Positions 12,363 to 25,094 of a stretch of 64,000 nt of DNA are shown here, piece after piece (positions within the stretch are counted from its first letter, which is position 1; the number at the start of each line of letters is the position of its first letter). The notes beneath the pieces were generated by a model that saw only the letters and a list, made by a program, of their open reading frames with translations, searched no databases and was not told the DNA's origin. The stretch lies in contig CM069147.1 of the NCBI GenBank assembly GCA_035221665.1, positions 11,036,001-11,100,000 on the forward strand. Reading direction: 5' to 3'. This stretch comes from Okamejei kenojei. Taxonomy: Eukaryota. Made by a program: the position numbers and the translations under genes.

Positions 12363-12474
12363 TTCATACAGTATTTGGAGTATTGTGTTTTATAACTGCA
12401 GTATAATAAATCTGGGCCTTATAAACTATCTATAAACAAAAGTGACAGTTAAATGTATGTATTTTACCAAAAGG

Positions 12475-12930
12475 CCAAAGGTCTACTCCGCCATGGCTGA
12501 TCTCTGCCTCCTAAACACATTTGCCTGCCATCTCCCCATAACCCTTTACACCCTTTCTAATCTCTACATTAAAAATATCCACTGATGGTCTCCACAGCCC
12601 TCTGTGGCAATGAATTCCACAGAGTATCTACCCTCTGACTAAATACGTTCCTCCTTTCCAAAAGAGTGCCCTTTCATTCTGAGGCTATGACCTCTGGTTC
12701 TAGACTCTCCCACCAGTGTAAACATCCTTTCCACATCCACACTATGCCTTTCATTATTCTGTAAGTTTCAATGATGTCCCTCCTCAACCTTCTAAACTCC
12801 AGCGAGTAGAGGTCCAGTGCTGTCAAACGCTCATCACATGCTAACCCACTCATACGTGGAATCATTCTTGTAAACCTCCTCTGGACCCTCTCCAGTGCCA
12901 GCACATCCTTCCTCAGATATGGGGCCCAGG
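12475..12930 (-). mobile_element. CR1 LINE 3' fragment
   Basis: Minus-strand ORF WAPYLRKDVLALERVQRRFTRMIP...YSLEFRRLR.D is typical of the CR1 ORF2 C-terminus. Confidence 0.9.
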
Positions 12931-13355
12931 TTGGATAGACTTGGATTGTTTTCTGTGGAATGCTGGAGATTGAGGGGAGACAGTAGAATAGAAGTATATA
13001 AAATATGAGAGGCATCGATAGGGTAGACGGTCAGAATGTTTTTCCCAGGGTAAAAATGTCCACATTGGAGGGCATAGCTATAAGGTGAGAGAGGGAAAGT
13101 TTAATGGAGATGTGCAGGGCAAGTTTTTTTTATACAAAGAGACTAGTGGGGACCGGGAATGCATTGCTAGGGGTGGTGGTGGAGACAGCTACGATAGTGG
13201 CACTTAAGGGGCTTTCACATAGCGCACAGGGAAGTGTCGGGAATGGCGGGATATGGATCATGTATAGGCAGGTGAGATCAGTTAACTTGGAATTGTGTTT
13301 GGCACAAACATTGTGGGCTGAACGGCCCTTTTTCGTGCTAAACGGTTCTATGTTG
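12930..13355 (+). mobile_element. CR1 LINE 3' fragment (different subfamily)
   Basis: cttggattgttttctgtggaatgctggagattgaggggagac (LGLFS...LRGD) through the tail gggctgaacggccc...ttctatgtt. Confidence 0.8.
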
Positions 13356-13431
13356 TGTATAGTTTTGCAAATTTGGGTCTAATTTTGTGCCCCCAGCCAC
13401 CCCCATAAAGGTAAATTTAGAGATCACGGCA

Positions 13432-13600
13432 GGTTTGGAGCATCTCTGGAGAACATGGACAGGTGATGCTTTGGGTAAGGGCCCGTCTTCACACGTTGCA
13501 TGTTCTCCAGCGATGCTGCCTAACTAGCTGAGTTACTACAGCCCTTTGTATATATTTTTTGTAAACTGACACCTGTAGTTCCTGGTTTCCCCAGTTTTTG
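13432..13600. mobile_element. Inverted pair of Penelope terminal-repeat fragments
   Basis: gcatctctggagaacatg ... catgttctccagcgatgc. Confidence 0.7.
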
Positions 13601-13640
13601 TTTTTTTTTTTCAGGTTCCTGCCCATCCAATGACATATCA

Positions 13641-14627
13641 CAGGGCTCTCACTTAACTTTTTTCCCCTGTTGCCAGCCAGACAACCTAGGCAGCTTTTTA
13701 CGTTGTCAAATGACAGTTTAGGTAGTCATTTAAGACTGCTTATATGACGCTTGCGATAATGTGCTCGGACGAAGTGCGTAGTTATCAGTTGGAATTATGC
13801 TCAATGAAGCATTCACATTTCTGCTTGAAATAAAGTCACAAACTAAACATATTCACCAATCAAGGCATGATATATACCACAATGACATGCAGCAAAATTA
13901 TAATACAGTATCTGAACTCTCAAGATGGGGAGGGGAGCACAGGGGATGTCAGTGAGGACTGAATAGAGGCGGGAATGGGGATCAGTGCGGGATGGAGAGG
14001 AGGGGTCTCAGGATGGGGGGGGGGGGTGGAGCGGGGTGTACGAAAGGGGGCTGGGGAGGAAGGAAGTTCAGCGCTCATCGGACAGGGACGGCATCATCGC
14101 CCTGCTGCCTTGGCCGTCATTGTCCACCGCCAAGTGCCACCGCGAAAGGGGGAGGCAGTTGGGATCTCCTCGCCTCCCCTCCTCCGCCAGCCAACAGGAA
14201 GGTGCGGGGCCAAGCGGTGCAGCTGCTTCAGATGGCGGAAGGAGGCCTCGGCGTGCAGGAGGGGTTGTATTAAAAGAGGATATGGCGGGGTGGCAAGCAG
14301 CGACCGCTATCAGGGCGGTAAGGGTGCGAGAGGAGAAGGAGGTGGAGCCGCTGCTGCTGTGCGGGGCACGCCATTCGCTCCGACCCTCCGTCACACTGCA
14401 TGTAGTATCTTTGTCCCGCAATACAGCTTGTTACTGCCACCGACACGAAACGTCATGTTCCTTTTCTCCAAAGATGCTGCCTGACCCGCTGAGTTACTCC
14501 AGTGTCTATATTCGGTATAAACCAGTATCTGCAGTGCCAAGCCGGGCAAAATGACTTGGTATTTAGGTTGCTCAGCGGCACAGTGGGTAGTGATTGGCAC
14601 CCAGGCAACCGCTAATTTCGAGCTCTG
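13641..14627. mobile_element. hAT-like non-autonomous DNA transposon
   Basis: Imperfect TIRs cagggctctcactta and taatttcgagctctg; flanks acatatca and ccatatac resemble a decayed 8-bp TSD; a second copy of the left end lies at 10132. Confidence 0.65.
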
Positions 14628-15007
14628 CCATATACAGAGGGCTGTTCTGCCACTGGGCTCAATAAAGTCCAGTGAAGAAGCAGGGAGTTAGATTCTAACT
14701 AGTGCAAACGCGGTGATGATATTTACACTCCTGGAGATGAATGCAATTAGTCAACCAGTAAATCATGCACACCCTGACCTTTCCAACATGGGTTATTGTA
14801 ATCTGCCCTCATTCAGCATCATCAGAAAGGTAGCCAAAGATTCTGGGAAGGGCAATGAGCATTGGGGGAATAATCCCAAAGAGGGTGTAGGAAGGGACTG
14901 CAGCTGCTAATTTACGCTGAAGATAGACACAAAATGCTGGATGGGCAGCATCAATGGATTGAAGAAATAGGTTGACAAATGCTTTTATATGGTTATATGA
15001 TTTTATC

Positions 15008-15165
15008 ATTTAAAAATAAATTGGATAGGTATATGGACGGGGAAGGAATGGAGGGTTATGGTCTGAGTGCAGGTAAATGGGACTAGGTGAGAGTAAGTGT
15101 TCGGCACGGACTAGAAGGGCCGAGATGGCCTGTTTCCGTGCTGTAATTGTTATATGGTTATAAAT
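15008..15165 (+). mobile_element. CR1 3' tail
   Basis: Matches 44858-45009; ends in gtaattgttatatggttat. Confidence 0.85.
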
Positions 15166-16684
15166 GGTTAAATGCAGTGAATAAAAGGGGACAAATTGAC
15201 ATTGTAGGAGTTAATGGGGGAGAAAAAAAGATGTGGGCAAGATCATATTCCTTTATGTGTGTGTGTGTGTGTGTGGGTGTACGTGTACGTGTGCTTGCTA
15301 AGCCAGAACATTTGTCTTGGATCCTCGTGGTTGGGCAAGGACTTTGCTTCATCAAGACCATCTGTAACAGCTGTTCAGTGGCCAATTCGCTTGCGTACAG
15401 ATCTCAGAACTGTAGTGCAAGTAAATCATGATCTTGAGGGGCTGCCTAACAAGGAAGAGACTTGTCAGATAAAAACAACTGAAGAATTTTGTCAAAATAC
15501 CATTCCAATATAAATGGCCTTTTGGATGAATAATTTGAAATAACTTTTTTTTGTTTTAAATGTAGTTAACTGTATACAACTTGAGACATTCTTAGTGATT
15601 GTAGTCTCAGTTATTTGGACCTCGGTTGATTTTTATCCTGTGGCGACCTTTGGTGTTAGCCCCTTCACTACAATTTTACTTGCGCATACACTGACCTTTG
15701 CCATAGAAACGCAAGAGAAACACAAACAGCTTGGCAATGATCCCATATAAAAGCAACGGGTGTCTGTACAAGTGTAGTGTTACATTAATGGTAGAGAAGG
15801 ATGCTTTGGAGGGAATAGGCCCAACCTCAGGCACTGCGTAATATCTTGGGCAATGTCAAAGTACCTTAATGATATTTAAGTGGTCAAAATAGGTTTTTAT
15901 TCAGTTCTTAATAAGGGAAAGTAATTTTTGCATTGTTTATAGGATGGTCTTTTGCTATTTCTGGCAAGTGCTGACAGAACAGATGACCAAAATAAAATGC
16001 CCTTAAATTAGATGATCAACATGTGTAATATTATACAGCAGTTTTATTTTAGTTTCTGTTTACTATCCCGGTAGAAAGGGCATGTGGTTGTTTTACTGAT
16101 CTGGACAGTATAAATGTCAGTATTTTAATATAACTCAGAATTCATATGCTTGAGTTGTGATGTGTAGCAGCTGGTTGACTGGGATTAGTTAGATTAAATA
16201 ACATTCAACCCTGTAGACATTGCATGCTTGATCAGAGCACGGTGTGTTTGATCCATACTTGTCACTGCAATTTGGCTTGCAATTGGCAAGATGATATAGT
16301 CTTCATATCCCTGGTTAGTTTGTGTTTTTAAAAAAAACTAGCTTTTAATCCCAATAATTTGAAAAGTATGCATCACTCTTCTTCCTGATTTTTGCCTTTT
16401 GTCCAGTGTTAAGCCTTTTGGCATCAGAACTCAGTCTGTTTGGTATTTTTATTTCTGACAGTATAGTCATCTGCTCATCAGTTCCTGAAACTGCTTTATA
16501 ATTTTAGTGACTGTTCATTTTAATTAAGTTATGTAATTAACGAATTATACAATTTTTGTTCAGTTGTCCTTAAAGCAAACGGTTAGCAGGCAGGTGCATG
16601 ATATGTTGGGTGGTGTGGGGGAGAGGGGGGGATGCAAATAGCACATTGAGTTAGAGTCTACAAATGGGGAAGTATTCTTACTGG

Positions 16685-17509
16685 GGTACACAAAAGGCTG
16701 GAGAAACTCAGCGGGTGCAGCAGCATCTAAGGAGCAAAGGAGATTAAGGTGACGTTTTGGGTCGAGACCCTTCTTCAGACTGGTTGGGGATCGGGGAAAC
16801 GAGAGATATAGACAGTCATGTGGAGAGATAAAGAACAATGAATGAAAGATATGCAAAAAAGTAACGATGATAAAGGAAACAGGCCATTGTAAGCTGTTTG
16901 TAGTGTGAAAATGAGAAGCTAGTGCGACTTGGGTGGGGGGGGGGAAGAGAGAGGGAGAATGCATGCATGCCAGGGGCTGAGGGAGAGGTGGGAAGGGGGG
17001 GAAGACAGCAAGGGTTAACAGAATTGAGAAAATTCAATGTTCAAGCAAAGAGGATGCAGACTCCCCAAGCGGAGTATGAGGTGCTGTACCTCCAACTTGT
17101 GGTGTTGCTCACTCTGGCCGTGGAGGAGGCCCAGGACCGAGATGTCCGATACAGAATGGGAGGGGGTGTTGAAGTGCTGAGCCACCGGGAGGTCGGGTTG
17201 GTTATTGCGGACCGAGCGAAGGTGTTTGGCGAAACGATCGCCAAGCCTCCGCTTGGTCTCACCGATATAGATCAGCTGGCATCTGGAGTAGCGGATGCCG
17301 TAGATGAGGTTGGAGGAGGTGCAGTTGAACCTCTGTCGGACCTGGAAGAACTGCATGGGTCCCTGAAAGGAGTGGAAGGGGGAGGTGAAGGGACAAGTAT
17401 AGCATCTCTTGCGGTTGCAAGGAAAGGTGCCCGGGGAAGGGGTGGAGCGGGAGGGAAGGGAAGAATTGACAAAGGAGTTGCAGAGGGAGCAGTCTTTGCG
17501 GAAGGCAGA

Positions 17510-17541
<32 letters not shown>

Positions 17542-18520
17542 CGGGGGGGGAGGAATGGGAAGATGTGGCGAGTGGAGGGGTCATGTTGGAGGTGGCGAAA
17601 CTGGCGGAGGGCTATGTGTTGTATTTGCCAGCTGGTGGGGTGAAAGGTGCGGACCAGGGGGACTCTGCCATTGTTGTGAGTGGGGGAATGGGGAGAGAGG
17701 GCAGTGTTGTGGGGTATGGAGGAGACCCTGGTGCGAGCCTCATCTATAGTGGAGGAGGGGAATTCCCGTTCTCTGAAGAATGAGGACATTTGTGATGACC
17801 TGGTGTGGAACACCTCATCCTGGGAGCAGATGCGGCGTAGACTGAGGAATTGGGAATAGGGGATGGAGTCCTTACAGGAAGCAGGGTGGGAGGAAGAGTA
17901 GTCCAGGTAGCCATGGGAGTCAGTTGGTTTGTAGTGGATGTCGGTCAGGAGTGTATCACCTGCAATAGAGATGGTGAGGTCAAGGAATGGTAGGAAAATG
18001 TCGGAAATGGTCCACGTGTATTTGAGTGCCGGATGGAAGTTGGTGGTGAAATGGATGAAGTCAGTCAGTTGTGTGTGGGTGCAGGAGGTGACTCCAAAGC
18101 AGTTGTCGAAATAATGGAGGTAGAGGTCGGGGATGGGGCCCTGGTACGCCGAGAACAAGGATTGTTCGACATACCCGACAAAGAGGCAAGCGTAGCTGGG
18201 GCCCATGCGTGTGTCCATAGCTATGCCTTGTGTTTGGAGGAAATGGGAGGAGTCAAAAGAGCAGTTATTGAGGGTAAGGACCAACTCCACTAGGCGGAGG
18301 AGGGTGTCAGTGGACGGGTATGGGTTGCTCCTCTGGTCGAGGAAGAACCGGAGGGCTTTGAGATCATCCTGGTGGGGGATGGAGGTGTAGAGAGACTGGA
18401 CGTCCATGGTGAAGAGGAGAGGATGGAGAATGGAATGCCCGGAGCCGACGGAGAGTGTCTGAGGTGTCTTGAACATAGGTGGGGAGGGATTTAACAAAGG
18501 GAGATAGGATGGGGTCAAGG
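16685..18520 (-). mobile_element. Penelope-like retroelement, 5'-truncated; RT + GIY-YIG pseudogene plus terminal repeat
   Basis: ORF 17259-18518 has MDVQSLYTSIPH, QGIAMDTRMGPSYA, YFDN (decayed YxDD) and FLDL...YKPTD. ORF 17015-17584 has CNRKRCYTC and NLIYGIRYSRCQLIYIGET.R (GIY-YIG). The terminal repeat has a hammerhead-like motif at about 16750-16783. Confidence 0.93.
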
Positions 18521-18784
18521 TATGTGGCTCACATGACTCCAGCCCAATTAATCCCCCTTTGCTGATTCATGACAAGAAACTAAACTGAACTGATTTGATT
18601 CACCACTTGCCAGCACTTGCACCCCCCACCCCCTCTCCACCCTTTCTCGCCTCCACCTACTGGCTATTTCCCCTCTACTTTTCCAGTCCAGATGAAAGAT
18701 CTTGATCCAAAATATTGAGTATTTCTCTCCAATAGAGTTGTCTGGCTGACGGAGTTCCTCCAGCAGCTTGTTTTACTGCTGTTT

Positions 18785-19160
18785 TAAACATTCACTCCCT
18801 CCACGACTAGAACTCTATGACTCCAATATGTATCATCTTCACAATGCATTGCATTTACTTGCCCAGGCTATTCCAGCAGCACCTCTCAACTATTAGACTC
18901 TGTAACTAAGAATGAGAATCGCGTTAAATGCCTGGGAATACCATCACCCGCAGGTTCCTCTTCAATTTCACTTACCAATCTGACAAAGAAATGTATCACT
19001 AATTCTTCATTTTTTGCTGGGTCAAAATCCTGGAACTCCCTCACGAACAGCGCCACGGGTTCACCTTGTTGCACCATGTAGCAGCTCATCGTGTTCTCAA
19101 ATGTAATTTGTAATGGGTAATAAGCACTGGCTTTCCCATCTGTGCCCAGATCCTAAAAAT
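18785..19160 (+). mobile_element. Old CR1/L2-class LINE 3' end
   Basis: aacattcactccctccac ... gggtcaaaatcctggaactccct (K.WNSLP motif) followed by a tail; same family as 5700-5860 and 60340-60460. Confidence 0.65.
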
Positions 19161-19169
19161 GAAATCAAG

Positions 19170-19510
19170 ACTAAATCATTGATATTGAACATAGAGGGCA
19201 AGGAATGGAATCGTGAATGTATTGGTACCAAAAGTCCTTGATGCATAAAAATATTTTGGCCCTTATCCTATGATTCCTACCACTAAACCCATTTTAGATC
19301 CAATTTGTCACTCTATTTTGGATCCCTGGAGATTTTATTTATTTGACAAGCTTACCTTGTGTGTCCATGTCAAAAGTATTGATAAAATCCTTTATTGACA
19401 GCATCAAATGCATTGGCATCATTGGCGCTCCTTGTCGACTGCTCAAAATAGTCAATTGAGTTATTCATGAAGGGCCGTCTAATGATGGAACCATATTAAT
19501 TGTCCTTGAT
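19170..19510 (-). mobile_element. Degraded CR1 RT fragment
   Basis: The minus strand at 19345-19405 reads as a decayed DAV..DF...FD....G.L RT motif. Confidence 0.45.
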
Positions 19511-20009
19511 TCACTTGTATATTCAATAAACCTGTGGTTCTTCCCTAATCCACAAACAACTATCAACTACATTATTAAAACCACGTGTCTTCCTTGGTGA
19601 TGGGAACAGGGGTTATTTATTATAGCAGGATTAAGCTAATTGTCTTGTCTGACTGCAAGATGTCTTTGAGGCTGGCTGCATGATCTGAGACCTGTGAGTT
19701 CATTTTTCCAAGTGAGCCTAATTATTTTCCTAAGCACCCAATTGCTTTTCTAGGCAAGCCTGCATGCTTGACATGGGGACTGTTAGAAAAAACATCATTT
19801 TAGCTGAAAAGCCTGTTTTAACCCTTGCATTACATGCCATCTCCTGGAATTGTCAGTCTACAGCACTCATATAACCAGATGCACTCAAATAACTGTTCCA
19901 CTGGGTGGCCTGGCAGCGCAATCCTCAGTCTTATGTACAAATCTCCCCAGTAACATAATGTATGTACTTTTTAACGAAATGTCATTAAAAAATAGAATAT
20001 GTTGTAATA

Positions 20010-21095
20010 TATGAACAATTCAAAGAAGCACAACAATCACATGTGATACGATGCAAATCAGTTGATTCCATAGTTCCAGATGTGATCCCACACACTTGGG
20101 TTCTGCAATTCCTGTACCGTGTTGTCTCTTTATGATGAGCTCACTGGTGACATACCCAATCTGTGCTGCCTTACATGTTTCCGATTCAATACAAAGCCTG
20201 CGCTGATTGGCCCTGTACTCTAATCCATGGCGTGGTACCATGTCCATTTGCAAGAGTTTCAGCCATTTGTCGAGGGTCATTTGGGTAGTGTATCCAAAAT
20301 CTCCCGCTTGCACACATTTGGAATCTGGAGAGAGGATGCGCATGAGAAGCTTGATCTGTTATTTAGACAGGCCATTCATCCTCTCAATCAGGCCTGACCC
20401 TTGAGGATAGTAGGGAATGTGTGTTAGTCAATACACACAATTGTCAGATGCCCATTCCTATACCTTCTGTCATGAAAAGTGGGTTCTATTATCAGACTAT
20501 TTCAAGAGGGTCTCCCGGGTAGGATATAAACTGGTGTCTCTTGACGGAAGGAATGGCTGCCAAACGGCCAGAGTAGGTGACAACCGTTGTTAAAAAATAT
20601 TGGTATCTTAGTTTCGAGGAAAGTGGGCCAATGTTGTCAAACTTCTAAAGCTACGTAGGGCTTCTCCCGTGCTTGTTTTGTGCCATGGGGCTATTTAATA
20701 ATGCTTGGCTCTTCACTTGTCAGCACACTTCACACGGAGATGCCCTCTCTAACTTTGTAAAAGGGCTTTGTTTAGAACATTCTGCAGTGCCCTGATTTCG
20801 CAAATGTCCCGATGTTCTTCTTCAATGCATACCACAGTTTTTAATAATATGATCTGATCCACGGTGTGTTGTAAAGCCATGTCAATCATCTTTCATGCGT
20901 GCGTCCACAGAATAAACAGTAATCGCCATGCATTGGGCTTTTTCAAAGTCTTACCATATGGGTTTGCCCCAGATAACCTTTCGCTGTATTATTCACGCCA
21001 TTCTTTTTCAACATTGGCTGCCACACAGCTATGCCATTGGGGCTATGCCCAGGACCTAGTGTAGATATATGTTCCTTGTCTTTTTCTTCTAATAC
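20010..21095 (-). mobile_element. Heavily decayed RTE-clade LINE
   Basis: Ordered minus-strand remnants resembling KKG.....NYRGISL, TVDQII, RM..GL.K and VCKRE. Confidence 0.45.
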
Positions 21096-21102
21096 CAGCA
21101 TT

Positions 21103-21412
21103 ATGGTGCACAGTGGCACAACAGTAGAGTTGCTGCCTTAAAGCACCAGAGATCTAGGTTCGATCCTGACTATGGCTGCTGCCTGTGCGGAGTTTGTACA
21201 CACTCCCTGTGACTTTGTGGGTTTTCTCCGGGTGTTTTGTGTTCCACCCACACTCCAAAGCCAAACATGTTTGTAGGTTAATTTGCCTCTGGAAATTGTA
21301 AAATGTCCCTTGCGTGTAGATTGTGCTAGTGGGCTAGGTGACCGTTGGTAGGCATGAACTCGGTGGGCCGAAGGGCCTGTTTCCATGCTGTACCTCTAAA
21401 ATCTAAAGTAAA
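21103..21412 (+). mobile_element. Full-length tRNA-derived V-SINE (HE1-like)
   Basis: A-box-like tggcacaacagtag, B-box ggttcgatcc, V-core gtgggttttctccgggtg and a CR1-derived tail gggccgaagggcctgtttccatgctgta. Confidence 0.9.
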
Positions 21413-22530
21413 GTCTAGCTGTATCACAGTCAATTCAGCAAGCATATTGGCTGGAACCTTGAGTCCTGTCACTGTAAAATAATCTGTGGATGGGCTTATC
21501 AGCTTTTTAACTCTCCATATCGGGCTTCTGTAGCCAGAGACTGCTGTTCGGATGAGGCCTGTCTATGGTTTCCCAATTTTCTTTCTGGCTCTCTGGTGTG
21601 CAGTACTGCTTTATGAAACTACATGGGCATCAGAATCAGCCAGGTTTCTATTTAGCATTGCCAACTGCCACCATCACTGTCTGTATCCCAGAAGAGAATT
21701 TTACCAAAAGCGTCTGTGTAGTATGTCCCCTTAGCAGATCCATGTCCAGTATGACTTTAGGAACATCTGAGATTAAAACGGGGACAAAATGATCACAAAA
21801 ACAGCAACAAGATGAATGACTGGTTAATCAGGATGGACGGTCGTATAAAACACAATATATTCGTTTTTCATTTGTTGAAAAATTAGACACGAGGTCTAAA
21901 AGTAACACAATTTTCTAAATAGATTTCTTTTTGCAACATAAAATTTTAATGAATCGCCAACATGCTCATTTATGAGTGTGAAGTGCTGTACCGATACTGT
22001 GCACATGCCATTGTGAGCACAAATTGGGGGCACTTGTTTTTTAATTTAGGCAACTACTAACTGTGGTGACAGTTTTCCATTTATTTTCTATCAATCAACA
22101 AGTGTTTTGGTTACAAAGCTTTGTCTGGAGGAAGAGGGTGAAGGGGATTTGTGATTGAATGACTTGTGCAACATGTGTGATTCTAATTTCCTTAATGTTT
22201 CCAGACTTCAGTCTTTTAAAAAAAAATTAACTCCAAAGGTTACATTGGCTGCATCTGCGTCTTTAAAATGTGGAAACTATATTTCGTGAGATGTTGTTGG
22301 AAGCAAAATGCTATTTTTTAGCAGAACTGAAATAACAGAATTATTTACACAATTTTGTGGCCAAACTGGATTAATTTTAGTAAGGAAAAAAAGTTATAGA
22401 AACTTGGTTTCCAATATGGTCAATTATGTCTCTCCATAAGTGTAATTCATCTTTGGGAGCCTATTGTCTTTGCTTTCTCTCCAGCAAATCTACTACATTT
22501 TGTTTATCGTAAATGTGTTTTCGTTCACAG

Positions 22531-22730
22531 CTTCAAGGTTACAATGAAAAGCCAATCAACCTGCAGATGTTCATTGGAACGGCTGATGATCGCTATTTAA
22601 GACCACATGCGTTCTACCAGGTGCACAGAATTACAGGAAAGACTGTTGCCACAGCTAGTCAGGAGATCATAGTTACCAGCACAAAGGTTCTTGAAATTCC
22701 ACTTCTACCTGAAAACAATATGACTGCCAG
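22531..22730 (+). CDS. NFATC3: NFATC3 coding exon (probably exon 4), RHD
   Basis: ttcacag|ctt acceptor, cag|gtactt donor, 200 bp, phase 0 to 2. Encodes [39 protein letters not shown]...[13 protein letters not shown]. Confidence 0.98.
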
Positions 22731-22774
22731 GTACTTATGCAAACCTAAGTGAAATGATATTGTGTTTTTGTCCA

Positions 22775-22910
22775 CTATCCTTTATCTGTGCACTGGGCTT
22801 GATTGTATTCATGTATAGTCTTTGACTGCATAGCACACAAACAAAAGCTTCTCACTGTACAGGATAATTTAATTATACAGATACATGACAGTAATATACT
22901 AAATTAAACT
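22775..22910 (+). mobile_element. Rex1/L2-type 3' tail fragment
   Basis: ttgattgtattcatgtatagt...aaaagcttctcactgtac...acatgacagtaa; similar tails occur near 3835-3900 (-) and 56560-56640 (+). Confidence 0.5.
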
Positions 22911-23140
22911 ATCCTGTTCGATGCTTTACATAATCGAACCATTAAAGTCAGTTGGAATGTGTACATTTTAATTACCTTTTCTTTAAAACCTTTGCCATTT
23001 TATTTAAAGTCTGTATAACTAAAAACCTATGAATAATATTTCAGGCAGGGTTTATACAAGTGAGAGAGAGATGCATTTATTTAACTAAGATACCTTTAAT
23101 GTACCAGGGTAAGGAATTACTACAGCTTTGCTGTTTTTAA

Positions 23141-23616
23141 CCATATAACATATAACCATATAACAATTACAGCACGGAAACAGGCCCTCTCGGCCCTTCC
23201 AGTCCGTGCCGACCATTTGTTTTCCCCTAGTCCCATCTATCTGCACTCAGACCATACCCCTCCATTCCCTTCACGTCCATATACCTATCCACTTTACTTT
23301 TAAATGTTAAAATCGATCCTGCCTCCACCACTTCTGCTGGAAGCTCATTCCACACAGCCACCACCCTCTGAGTAAAGAAGTTCCCCCTCACGTTACCCCT
23401 AAACTTCTGTCCCTTAATTCTCATGTCATGCCCTCTTGTTTGAATCTTCCCTACCCTCAATGGGAAAAACGTATCCACGTCAACTCTGTCTATCCCTTTC
23501 ATCATTTTAAAGACCTCAATCAAGCCCCCCCCCTTAACCTTCTGCGCTCCAAAGAGTAAAGACCTAACTTGTTCAACCTTTCTCTGTAACATAGTTGCTG
23601 GAACCCTGGCAACAGG
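23141..23616 (-). mobile_element. Young CR1 3' fragment with 8-bp TSD
   Basis: ORF LIEVFKMMKGIDRVD...TRGH...FFTQRVVAVWNELP; gtttttaa occurs at 23133-23140 and 23617-23624. Confidence 0.93.
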
Positions 23617-25094
23617 GTTTTTAAATTGTACAGTTTGAAATTATGATTAATGCTCATGATGTAGTGGTAGTTTCCTTTCATGGTTTTATTTGTAGGTCCA
23701 GGTTTAAAAAAGTAAATGTCTTGACTCCCCTCAACCCCTCTTGAAAGCAGGAAATCAAAGTTAATAGAAATACCACTAATAGCTCCTAATTTGGAACAGA
23801 ATGGTCACCAGCAACAGATTGTTGGATAAAGAGAAATGTTTTAGAAAGTTGGGCATTTTCAATTGAATGCTTGCAGATGCAATTGTTGCAAGAACTTGAC
23901 CTGGAGTATTCTCTTCAGCATATGTTTTGATAATGAAGCTGGTTCAAAGCAGACTGTCAAAAATCATGGACATAGATGAAGTGTATGATTTATCTAGCAT
24001 AAATGAATCTGATATGAGGTTGACATTTTGGTGGAAAGTTACATTCCCGTTTGACAGGATTGCCTTTCAAATGTAAAATGACTAGATAGTGATTTTGGTC
24101 GTTAATGCATCTCCCAATAAGCAAGGGAGATCATTTGATGTAAATTGCTCAATATATTTTACATTGTTTGTTTTGAATGTAATCTTGCTCCTATTGCAAA
24201 CTTATGAACACTATCCTTAATCAGCCACTGCCTTTCCAAATGCGCGCATGTGTTTTATCCTTAGGAATCCTTAGCAGTAATGTATCTACCGCTGAAGTTA
24301 ACATCACTGGTCTATAGTTCCTAGGCTTTGCCTTGCTGTTAGGATTCCCGCATACTGCAAGCTGAAAATATACCGTTGCCACTGCTGTCTGCTTTCTACT
24401 ACAATTTTTGTCTTTTGACAGATTGTGTGCACATTGTTCCTTTCCTGTTGATCATTTTTGGCAGCTTTATTTTGACTTTTATTAGTTGGCTGTCAACTTG
24501 TGGTTTCCCAAATTAAAATTAATTAGATCCAGTGTTATGATCTCTCGACCTTTCTTTACCTTCAGTGGTAGATTTTGTTTTTTTTTAAATGAGTGTAACA
24601 TTTGCAACCTTTCAATGCTCTAGGATACATTCCACTGGGATTGGCTGACTTTTAGCTAACCTTTTAAATAGTCCGCTATCCATTATCCATTCAATTTCTA
24701 TACAGTCTCGTCCTTTACCCATGTCATTAGCAGCAGCATATTTTGTGAATACAAACATTCATTCAATACCTCGGCCATGATCCTAATAGATCACTTCCTT
24801 AATTAATCTTTACTATTTAACTTTCAAAGGCAAGTTTAAATACTTTGTGTTTCCAATGTGATGGTATCAAACTTGCAGGCAAATCCCAACTGGTGGATTG
24901 TCAGCATGACCTGCCACCGGTTTTCAATTGTCATTCTTCTATCGAGACAAATGAAAAGATTAGGGGAAAGGGACAAGGGTTACCTCGACTGGAACTCTGG
25001 TATCTGTTTTCTTGCAGCAGTCTGAGACTGCATGTCGGAAGTGTAACCTCCTGTTGAATCACTGCTATGTTTTTGGTGAATGCACGCAGTATCT

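Noticed and set aside
13975-14554. GC-rich ORF cluster
   Set aside because: Low-complexity cargo of a non-autonomous transposon; no transposase motifs.
16922-17783. 275-aa and 124-aa plus-strand ORFs
   Set aside because: Antisense shadows of the Penelope ORF, with poly-Gly coming from the G run.
21103-21175. tRNA gene
   Set aside because: The A/B boxes belong to the head of a V-SINE that continues into the V-core and CR1 tail; no intact cloverleaf is evident.
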